Below are positions 1 to 6,161 of a stretch of 33,644 nucleotides of DNA, in pieces. A model generated the notes under the pieces. It was given only the letters and a program-made list of their open reading frames with translations, had not been told where the DNA came from and did not search any database. The translations under genes were made by a program, and so were the position numbers. Position 1 is the stretch's first letter, and every line of letters begins with the position of its first letter. This DNA comes from a virus (lineage: Duplodnaviria > Caudoviricetes): positions 1-33,644 of IMG/VR virus record IMGVR_UViG_3300004686_000008, one strand, 5' to 3'.

Positions 1-7
1 GCCAAGG

Positions 8-232
8 ATGGCGCACCAACTGGAGAGACAAATGTACGTACGTTACGATGTTGAATCCCTTGAAAACTTCCGCGAAGCCATGATTTTTGCAGAGCAATCA
101 AAAGTTGACCCGGATCTTCCCGGCCATTCTGCCAAGATGATTAACATCATGCTTCGTTGGTGCGGCTGGACTCATGACGATCTACAAACTCATGCAGAAA
201 ATTTGATTTCAATCGGCATCATTGGAGATTAA
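8..232 (+). CDS. hypothetical phage protein (possibly 5'-partial)
   Basis: 74-aa ORF whose frame is open to the window edge; ends 2 nt before the next gene, whose SD (GGAG) lies in its 3' end. Confidence 0.6.
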   Translation: MAHQLERQMYVRYDVESLENFREAMIFAEQSKVDPDLPGHSAKMINIMLRWCGWTHDDLQTHAENLISIGIIGD

Positions 233-234
233 AC

Positions 235-450
235 ATGAAATCAATCGACAAATTCGGATCTTGGATTCTTGATACCAAGGCGGGTTTTGTATTTGGCATG
301 ATCGTTGTGATCCTTGGAGCCAGCATTGTTTCTTACAAAGCCCTTACCGGCCCCAAGAGCGTCACCATAACGGCTTCCGATTTTACCTGCGTCCAAGCCG
401 AGCCTTGGGGCATTTCAACGCGCTGCACGGCTTATGCGAGGGTGCGGTGA
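235..450 (+). CDS. small membrane protein, one TM helix plus C-terminal Cys pair
   Basis: GGAG SD upstream; hydrophobic stretch GFVFGMIVVILGASIVSY; TGATG coupling to the next gene. Confidence 0.75.
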   Translation: MKSIDKFGSWILDTKAGFVFGMIVVILGASIVSYKALTGPKSVTITASDFTCVQAEPWGISTRCTAYARVR

Positions 451-650
451 TGACCAAGGATCAAGTCATGGAAATCGCCAAAGTCACCGCAGGAGCGCAC
501 TGGATGGATGAGGCACACGTTCAGCGGTTTGCGGTTTCAATTCGGACTTTAGCTCTGCATGAAGCGGCGCATTTGGCTGAATATAAGATGCACCCATCTT
601 ATGGGGAGTGTGCGAATTGCATTCGTGAATTAGCCTTGGAGGATTTGTAA
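450..650 (+). CDS. hypothetical protein (MTKDQVMEIAK...)
   Basis: start moved from 405 to the ATG at 450 that overlaps the upstream TGA; TAATG coupling to the next gene. Confidence 0.7.
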   Translation: MTKDQVMEIAKVTAGAHWMDEAHVQRFAVSIRTLALHEAAHLAEYKMHPSYGECANCIRELALEDL

Positions 651-871
651 TGCCAACCCTAACCATCCCCCTCAATGACGTACCCGTCGAAGTTGAATTT
701 GATTTCACCAAAGGCTACCCCGCCACATGGGACGATCCCGGCTGTGATGATGAAGCGGATATCACGGCAGTCATCTACAAGGGCGTTGATGTGTTGCCGC
801 TGATTAACGAGGAAGATATGGATGGCCTGTACGACTACATTTACAGCTACAAGGGTGAGGACGATGTATAG
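650..871 (+). CDS. acidic hypothetical phage protein
   Basis: strong SD GGAGG; 73 aa; motif PATWDDPG seen in small phage proteins. Confidence 0.75.
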   Translation: MPTLTIPLNDVPVEVEFDFTKGYPATWDDPGCDDEADITAVIYKGVDVLPLINEEDMDGLYDYIYSYKGEDDV

Positions 872-971
872 AATCATCAAGGTGCTTGCAGTTTTAGCTT
901 TGATAGCTGGCTACGCCTACGTCAGCAATCAGGATTACGAAGACGCTATAGCCATTGAGTCAATCAAATAA
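864..971 (+). CDS. 35-aa membrane/secreted peptide (MYRIIKVLAVLALIAGYAYVSNQDYEDAIAIESIK)
   Basis: not in the ORF track; GAGG SD, ATG at 864 overlapping the upstream gene end, hydrophobic N-terminus. Confidence 0.6.
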   Translation: MYRIIKVLAVLALIAGYAYVSNQDYEDAIAIESIK

Positions 972-1045
972 AAAGTTATGGCCCCGGTACACATAAACCC
1001 TGCGAACGGGACACAAGTGGACAGTAGCAACGGGGCCGCCCTGAT

Positions 1046-1119
1046 TGGGGGATCGTCTAGCGGCAGGACCGCGCACTTTGACTGCGCTAACCAAGGTTCG
1101 AATCCTTGTCCCCCAGCCA
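1046..1119 (+). tRNA. trnQ: tRNA-Gln (anticodon TTG) with encoded CCA
   Basis: acceptor TGGGGGA/TCCCCCA + G + CCA; anticodon arm GCGCA-CTTTGAC-TGCGC (TTG at 1078-1080); T arm CAAGG-TTCGAAT-CCTTG; U1-A72 pair typical of tRNA-Gln. Confidence 0.96.
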
Positions 1120-1151
1120 TTCTTAATGCCATTTTTAATGCCATTTTTAAC
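1116..1151 (+). repeat. 3 x 12-bp tandem repeat GCCATTYTTAAY starting at the tRNA GCCA end
   Basis: GCCATTCTTAAT / GCCATTTTTAAT / GCCATTTTTAAC read directly. Confidence 0.9.
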
Positions 1152-1162
1152 AGGAGAAAACA

Positions 1163-1555
1163 ATGTCAGAAGTAGAAGTTAAGTTAGACGGTCAGGACAT
1201 CCCGCCGTACACATTTGATTTGTTTCAGGCGCAAGCCATGAGGACCGCAAAGGATATTGATCTTGATGATGACAATGCAGTTGGCATGGAAATCATTCAT
1301 GCGACCCTGTTGCTCACATCAGAAGCTGGCGAACTCGCAGACGCTGTAAAAAAGTGGTTCGCCTATGGTCAGAAATTGGACGTTGTAAACGTGCTTGAGG
1401 AATGTTCAGACTGTTTGTGGGCAATAGCTATGTTGTGTAGCCGATTAGGAGTAAAAATGGAAGATGTCGCAGTCAGCAATATCAGCAAATTAGCGTTGCG
1501 CTATCCCGAAAAATTCACTCAGGAAGCGGCAATTGCTCGGGCTGACAAACAGTAG
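1163..1555 (+). CDS. MazG-like nucleoside triphosphate pyrophosphohydrolase
   Basis: AGGAG SD; FQAQAMRT, SEAGELADAVKK, EECSDCLWAI and NISKLALRYP match the all-alpha NTP-PPase (MazG-like) pattern. Confidence 0.88.
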   Translation: MSEVEVKLDGQDIPPYTFDLFQAQAMRTAKDIDLDDDNAVGMEIIHATLLLTSEAGELADAVKKWFAYGQKLDVVNVLEECSDCLWAIAMLCSRLGVKMEDVAVSNISKLALRYPEKFTQEAAIARADKQ

Positions 1556-1557
1556 TT

Positions 1558-1566
1558 TGTTATAAT
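1558..1566 (+). promoter_or_regulatory. extended -10 sigma70-type promoter (TGTTATAAT), abutting palindrome ACAAAC-N4-GTTTGT (1545-1560)
   Basis: perfect TGnTATAAT directly after the MazG-like stop; no clear -35. Confidence 0.65.
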
Positions 1567-1568
1567 TT

Positions 1569-1647
1569 AAGTGCGGCAGGAATTTGCAAGTTCCGGTGGC
1601 CTTAGTCATCCACCAGCCGCACTTTCAATGACTACTCTTGACTGGAG
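1569..1647 (+). promoter_or_regulatory. putative structured RNA leader (three-way junction with loop complementary to the RBS region) upstream of the HNH gene
   Basis: outer stem AAGTGCGGC/GCCGCACTT; hairpins GGAATT-TGCA-AGTTCC and GGTGG-CCTTAGTCAT-CCACC; loop complementary to ATGACTA (1628-1634) and TGACTGG (1639-1645). Confidence 0.6.
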
Positions 1648-1653
1648 ATTCTT

Positions 1654-2343
1654 ATGCCCATCATCAATGATGACGCATCCGTAACATCGGATCATCTAAA
1701 AAGCATCATTTTTTACGACCCGATTACGGGCTGTTTTTCTTGGGTTTCCTCTGATCGATATCATAAAAACCCGCCCGGTTATGAATGCCCTAAAGGGTAT
1801 AGGCGAATAAAGATCGGAAACCGTCAGGTTTTTGCTCACAGGCTGGCATGGCTCTATTTCTATGGCGAATGGCCTTCAGAAATGATCGATCATATCGATG
1901 GAAATCCATCGAACAATGCCATATCAAATTTGAGATTGGCAACTTCCCAAATAAATAGTCAAAACCAAAAAAAAGGCTATGGGCAATCAGGATTTCTTGG
2001 CGTTACAGTTCGCAATCGAAATGGAATCATAAAATACAGAGCATCCATTCGTCACAACGGAAAGTTGATTCAGTTAGGGTCTTACGATTCCGCTGAAGAT
2101 GCTCATGCTGTCTATCTTGTGAAAAAAGCAGAAATTCATCAAGGAAACACTCTACCCGCGCCAAGCAAGACAGTTGAAAGGAAATCACGGATGAGCGGAA
2201 CCGGCCACAGGAATATCTATAAAAACAGAAATGGGTTTCAAGTGAAAATGAAAATTGAAAAGAAAAATGTTTGTTTGGGAACTTATCCCACAATAGAGCA
2301 AGCCAAGGAAATTCGGGATAATTTTCTAGGAGGATTTCAATGA
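1654..2343 (+). CDS. HNH homing endonuclease with C-terminal AP2-like DNA-binding domain(s)
   Basis: YDPITGCF, AHRLAWLYFYGEWP, IDHIDGNPSNNAISNLR (HNH_3-like); two AP2-like ends LGSYDSAEDA and LGTYPTIEQA. Confidence 0.92.
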   Translation: MPIINDDASVTSDHLKSIIFYDPITGCFSWVSSDRYHKNPPGYECPKGYRRIKIGNRQVFAHRLAWLYFYGEWPSEMIDHIDGNPSNNAISNLRLATSQINSQNQKKGYGQSGFLGVTVRNRNGIIKYRASIRHNGKLIQLGSYDSAEDAHAVYLVKKAEIHQGNTLPAPSKTVERKSRMSGTGHRNIYKNRNGFQVKMKIEKKNVCLGTYPTIEQAKEIRDNFLGGFQ

Positions 2344-2438
2344 CCGAAGCCGCCATCGTTATTCTTGCCATTGCCTTTGTCATTGTGCTTTTGGAATTCA
2401 TTGTCGGCATTCCGCTTGATCCCGAGGATTGGGACTGA
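2340..2438 (+). CDS. 32-aa single-TM peptide (MTEAAIVILAIAFVIVLLEFIVGIPLDPEDWD)
   Basis: not in the ORF track; AGGAGG SD, ATGA overlap with the HNH stop, TGATG coupling downstream. Confidence 0.65.
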   Translation: MTEAAIVILAIAFVIVLLEFIVGIPLDPEDWD

Positions 2439-2593
2439 TGGCTTTCACTGGGGATCAATTTAAAGAACGGGATCGCAATGCGAGAACAAACAAACCGCTA
2501 GACCACCCCCCTCCCTGTGACTTTTGCCGTGACGGGTCAATATGTTGCAGAGAGTGTTTAAGCTACAAATGCTGGGAAAAGCATGGAATTTAG
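2438..2593 (+). CDS. 51-aa Cys-rich (possible Zn-binding) peptide
   Basis: not in the ORF track; MAFTGDQ...CDFC...CCREC...C; fills the gap exactly between coupled neighbours. Confidence 0.6.
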   Translation: MAFTGDQFKERDRNARTNKPLDHPPPCDFCRDGSICCRECLSYKCWEKHGI

Positions 2594-2932
2594 ATGACAG
2601 GATACGCATATAAACCAGAAGAAGATGCCATCCTCAAAGAATGGTACGAGAAAGAAGGATTGCCCGGAGCAATGGTGAAATTACAGCTTGCAGGATATTC
2701 AAGAACAAGCAATTCGGTAAGGCGCAGGGCCAGTGTGTTGAATCTTAAATCGCCCTATTGCAGTGCCAATTTTGGACCCGGACCCTATACGCCAGACCCT
2801 AAGTTTGAAATGGCATACATCAAAGCCTGTTCGCTAATCAATGACGGAGTAAAGGTTGCCGATGCTTTAAGGATCGCCGGTATCGAACGGAGCCGGTATT
2901 ACAGGACTAGGAAAGTGAGGGAGGGGAAATGA
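2594..2932 (+). CDS. putative DNA-binding protein (Myb/SANT-like N-terminus, HTH-like C-terminus)
   Basis: YKPEEDAILKEWY...RTSNSVRRRASVL; C-terminal VADALRIAGIERSRYYR. Confidence 0.6.
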   Translation: MTGYAYKPEEDAILKEWYEKEGLPGAMVKLQLAGYSRTSNSVRRRASVLNLKSPYCSANFGPGPYTPDPKFEMAYIKACSLINDGVKVADALRIAGIERSRYYRTRKVREGK

Positions 2933-3141
2933 ACGAAGCACCGAAGAAGATTTGGGTCTGGGATTACGCCGCCGATCAGATGGTCAATAAAAATCCAGAT
3001 TCGACTGACGTTCCCTACATAAGAGCCGACCTAGTTGATGGATTGGTATTCGCGTTGGAAGGATTGCAGGAATGGGTAAATGGAACGGCTTATGACAAAG
3101 CCCGAGCCGCGCTGAAAGCGTTGGAGACAAACAATGAATAA
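2929..3141 (+). CDS. hypothetical phage protein
   Basis: ATGA overlap; APKKIWV...YIRADLV...ARAAL motifs common in small early phage proteins. Confidence 0.75.
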   Translation: MNEAPKKIWVWDYAADQMVNKNPDSTDVPYIRADLVDGLVFALEGLQEWVNGTAYDKARAALKALETNNE

Positions 3142-3490
3142 CGATAACGAACTCCTAAAACTCGCGGCAAAAGCGGTGGGGATTGAACTGCATCATTGGT
3201 GTGGAGATACGTTTATCAGAGTGAGTGAATATGTTGATGACGCGGGAGGATATTGGAACCCACTAACCGACGATGGTGACGCTCTGCGCCTTGCGGTGAA
3301 GTTGGGGATAGAGCCAAGACAAGCGACCAATATGGCCTCGGCGTTATTTCCGATTGAAAGCCCTAGCCGTTTTGCAGTGTGCAACGAAAATCACGGTGAC
3401 GACCCCTACGCCGCAACCAGAAGGTGTATAGTAAGAGCCGCGGCAGCAATAGGAGAATCTTTAGATGGGAACAAAGACTCACGGCCATAG
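3134..3490 (+). CDS. conserved hypothetical phage protein (WNPLTDDGDALRLAVKL family)
   Basis: GGAG SD; ELLKLAAKAVG, WNPLTDDGDALRLAVKLG and ATRRCIVRAAA motifs. Confidence 0.82.
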   Translation: MNNDNELLKLAAKAVGIELHHWCGDTFIRVSEYVDDAGGYWNPLTDDGDALRLAVKLGIEPRQATNMASALFPIESPSRFAVCNENHGDDPYAATRRCIVRAAAAIGESLDGNKDSRP

Positions 3491-4070
3491 CAGAAGCCAC
3501 ACTTACATCACTTGGTGCAACATGAAAGCTAGATGCCTAAATCCAGACAGACGCGATTACAAGAACTATGGAGGTCGAGGGATAAAAGTATGCGATAGAT
3601 GGATGACGTTTGAAAATTTTTTGGATGACATGGGGAAAAAGCCCAAAGGCCTGACATTAGAAAGAATCAATGTTGATGGAGATTACGAGCCAGACAACTG
3701 CCAATGGGCAACGTATAAAGAACAAGCAAACAACTGGCGCAAATCAATACGAGCAGAATATGAAGGCAAATCATTCACTGCAAAACAACTTTCAGAAATG
3801 CTTGGCGTAGGTTACGAAAGAATTGTATGGGCTATAAAAAAGTATGGCTCTGGTTGGTTGGATTACATCAACAAACCTAACGTTGGAGAACAGCCGATCA
3901 GTGCTATTACTGGTCGCAGAGGCGTGAGCTTACACAAGGCATCAGGTCGATATTCGGCTAGGGTATGGACAGGAAGCGGGTACAAATCATTGGGGTACTT
4001 TGCCACCGTGGAAGAGGCCGCTAAAGCTGTTGAATCATTTAAATCTGAGATTGGCAGGGGGTTGGAATGA
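3465..4070 (+). CDS. HNH-type homing endonuclease with C-terminal AP2-like domain
   Basis: THGHS, WCNMKARC, YGGRGIKVCDRW, TLERINVDGDYEPDNCQWAT; GVSLHK...YSARV...LGYFATVEEA; AGGAGA SD. Confidence 0.88.
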   Translation: MGTKTHGHSRSHTYITWCNMKARCLNPDRRDYKNYGGRGIKVCDRWMTFENFLDDMGKKPKGLTLERINVDGDYEPDNCQWATYKEQANNWRKSIRAEYEGKSFTAKQLSEMLGVGYERIVWAIKKYGSGWLDYINKPNVGEQPISAITGRRGVSLHKASGRYSARVWTGSGYKSLGYFATVEEAAKAVESFKSEIGRGLE

Positions 4071-4183
4071 ACAAAGAAATTCTTGAGGATCTCAAAACTG
4101 GCTTAGCTGTGCTTGCGTTTATTGTTTTAGTTAGCTTGGCGCTTATTTTTGTATTGTGGGTTGGAAAGCAGGTGTTGTTATGA
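4067..4183 (+). CDS. 38-aa single-TM peptide (MNKEILEDLKTGLAVLAFIVLVSLALIFVLWVGKQVLL)
   Basis: not in the ORF track; ATGA overlaps at both ends. Confidence 0.65.
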   Translation: MNKEILEDLKTGLAVLAFIVLVSLALIFVLWVGKQVLL

Positions 4184-4491
4184 GCGAAACAAAATTCACT
4201 CCCGGCCCTTGGACGTTTAGTCACGATCATCCGACCACACAAACAATCGCTCATGTGTATGCTCCGGGTGAACATGAAATCTCTGATGAGATATGCACTC
4301 TCTACGGATGTGAAAACGTGCCGTCATTTAACGCGGCACTAATCGCCGCCGCGCCGGAACTGTATGAGGCTTTGGAAGAGTTATTACGATACGCAAACGA
4401 TAGTGATGATTGCCAGTACGGAACTCTGTCAACGAGGTTGGTGAAAGATATTGCCGAAGCCGCACTAGCCAAAGCCAGAGGTGAAGCATGA
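4180..4491 (+). CDS. conserved hypothetical phage protein (TPGPW / LIAAAPEL family)
   Basis: start moved to ATG at 4180 (MSETKFTPGPW); NAALIAAAPELYEALE...ALAKARGE. Confidence 0.82.
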   Translation: MSETKFTPGPWTFSHDHPTTQTIAHVYAPGEHEISDEICTLYGCENVPSFNAALIAAAPELYEALEELLRYANDSDDCQYGTLSTRLVKDIAEAALAKARGEA

Positions 4492-4895
4492 GTACCGCAA
4501 CCGAACTGCTGATAAGGGCCGAAGAATGTTTGCGATACGCAGAATATCCGAATGACTACAGAGAGGAAGAATCTGACGAATTAAGGGATGACATCCGCGC
4601 TTTCCTCGCCGTCGAGCCAGAAGCAGATGAGCCTGTGGCATGGGTTGAAGTAAAAGACACTTATGAAGGCCCGTATGAATTTCACGGTTTAGAACTTTTA
4701 CCTCCGGGCAAGCGTTACCTCTACACCAGACCCGAGCCAGCAAGGAAGCCGATGACGGAGGAGGAATTGGATGCGCTGATAGGTAAAGAACTCGTAGATG
4801 AATTAACCGCTAGAATTTACAAATGGGGATTTCGAGACGCAGAAAAGCACCACGGTCTCACCCTCCAAGACAAATGCAGAGGAGATAAAGAATGA
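4488..4895 (+). CDS. hypothetical phage protein (EPVAW family)
   Basis: GAGG SD, ATGA overlap; EPVAW...LYTRP...KPMTEEE motifs. Confidence 0.8.
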   Translation: MSTATELLIRAEECLRYAEYPNDYREEESDELRDDIRAFLAVEPEADEPVAWVEVKDTYEGPYEFHGLELLPPGKRYLYTRPEPARKPMTEEELDALIGKELVDELTARIYKWGFRDAEKHHGLTLQDKCRGDKE

Positions 4896-5050
4896 GAGAA
4901 CGACTTATGGCCATGCGTGAAGCTGTCGCAATATGCCGAGAGATCATGCGGCAATACAAGTTTGAAGACGATATAGCCTATGGTGCGCGTCTTTGTTCTG
5001 ATGAAATAGAACGCCAAATTAGGGAACTGGAAAAAGACCTTAAGGATTAG
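4892..5050 (+). CDS. 52-aa hypothetical protein (MRERLMAMREAVAIC...), last gene of the + arm
   Basis: not in the ORF track; GAGGAG SD, ATGA overlap; stop TAG at 5048-5050 overlaps the end of the glycosyltransferase gene. Confidence 0.55.
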   Translation: MRERLMAMREAVAICREIMRQYKFEDDIAYGARLCSDEIERQIRELEKDLKD

Positions 5051-6143
5051 GCCAAACCGCATCAATCGGTTTAATGGAATACCAACCCTGATCCTTAAGA
5101 GTCAAAATTTGACGGAAGATTTTATTCATTTGCGCTCCAACAGGCTCAAGACCGTACCGACCCCTTGCAATTGATGCAATCTGTCTGCGGTTAAGGGCCT
5201 TTACTTTCCTGACCGCTTCCACGTAATCGCCTAGCGTATGACAGCGGTAGCCAGTCACGTTATGAATGATCGTTTCGGAAAACGCTCCAAAATCCGATCC
5301 GATTAAAGGCGTACCACAAAGCTGACCTTCGACACCGGCCCCGCCAAACGGTTCTACGTAACGAGTAGGCATGAGCATAGCGTAAGCATTCCGAAGCAAT
5401 TCACTTCGCGCCTTGCCCGTTACAGGCGGTTCTACGGTCAAATTTACAGCATCGGAAAGGAATCCTCTCATGGATTCGTCAATCTCGCCTATAACGCGTA
5501 CTGGCATCTCAACGTGCTTTGCCAGTTCCTTGATGATCGCCATGCCTTTGCGCTCAATAACGCGACCAAAATAAAGAAGATATTCGCCCTGTTCATAACT
5601 GGGTTCCCAATCTTCTAGGTCATAGCCCATCGGGCAGACCCATTGAAAGTCGTTGCCGTCGGTCTGTTCCTTTCCTTGATGCCATGCCATCCATCCATAA
5701 GTCTCATAGATTCTAAGTGGCATCGCGCACTGGGTATAACCAATCCCAATTTCTACATGGTGGGCATTAGGGAAACGATGTACCAGATCAGAATGACATA
5801 TCCCAAAAGGATGACAAACAATATCCCCATCGCGTACACGTAAGGCAAGCTCCTTAACAAGACGCGCAGAAAACTCGCGATAAAGAGTCGAATCAGTTGA
5901 AGCGGCTTCATTGGGTTGTTCTTGCTTGTAGAGCTTCTTGAGTTCCCAAAACCGTTGCGTATCCAGAATGGTAACGTGTTCCGTGGCATCTGCTTCTGAT
6001 CCTTCATTGGCGTACTCAATAACCTCCCAACCAAAAGGTAGCATCATCTTCCCGAATCGAATGACGCGACCCGTGAAAGCACAATGTGAAAAATCTGCCG
6101 CAGGGATTGTATGAAACAACCCCAATAGGTGTAAACGAGCCAT
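5040..6143 (-). CDS. glycosyltransferase, GT-B fold, family 4-like
   Basis: YLLYFGRVIERKG, EX7E motif EPFGGAGVE, GTPLIGSDFGAFSETIIHNVTGY; strong SD GGAGG. Confidence 0.92.
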   Translation of the reverse strand: MARLHLLGLFHTIPAADFSHCAFTGRVIRFGKMMLPFGWEVIEYANEGSEADATEHVTILDTQRFWELKKLYKQEQPNEAASTDSTLYREFSARLVKELALRVRDGDIVCHPFGICHSDLVHRFPNAHHVEIGIGYTQCAMPLRIYETYGWMAWHQGKEQTDGNDFQWVCPMGYDLEDWEPSYEQGEYLLYFGRVIERKGMAIIKELAKHVEMPVRVIGEIDESMRGFLSDAVNLTVEPPVTGKARSELLRNAYAMLMPTRYVEPFGGAGVEGQLCGTPLIGSDFGAFSETIIHNVTGYRCHTLGDYVEAVRKVKALNRRQIASIARGRYGLEPVGAQMNKIFRQILTLKDQGWYSIKPIDAVWPNP

Positions 6144-6161
6144 GTTGAACCTCCCTTAGTT

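Noticed and set aside
980-1045. Resemblance to a c-di-GMP-I riboswitch (AAACC...GGGAC.CAA) or a hammerhead core (CTGAT)
   Set aside because: No GAAA tetraloop, second stem or hammerhead GAAA; kept only as an unassigned structure.
1046-1119. Possible suppressor tRNA or stop-codon reassignment
   Set aside because: The anticodon is plain TTG (Gln), and TAG, TAA and TGA all end genes cleanly under the standard code.
1046-1151. tRNA 3' repeat as a prophage att site
   Set aside because: Only GCCA of the tRNA is repeated, phage genes continue on both sides, and no integrase is in the window.
935-1175. Three short ORFs (935-1144, 960-1163, 978-1175) over the tRNA region
   Set aside because: They overlap a well-formed tRNA-Gln; the KNGIKNGIKNG repeat is just the 12-bp trailer repeat.
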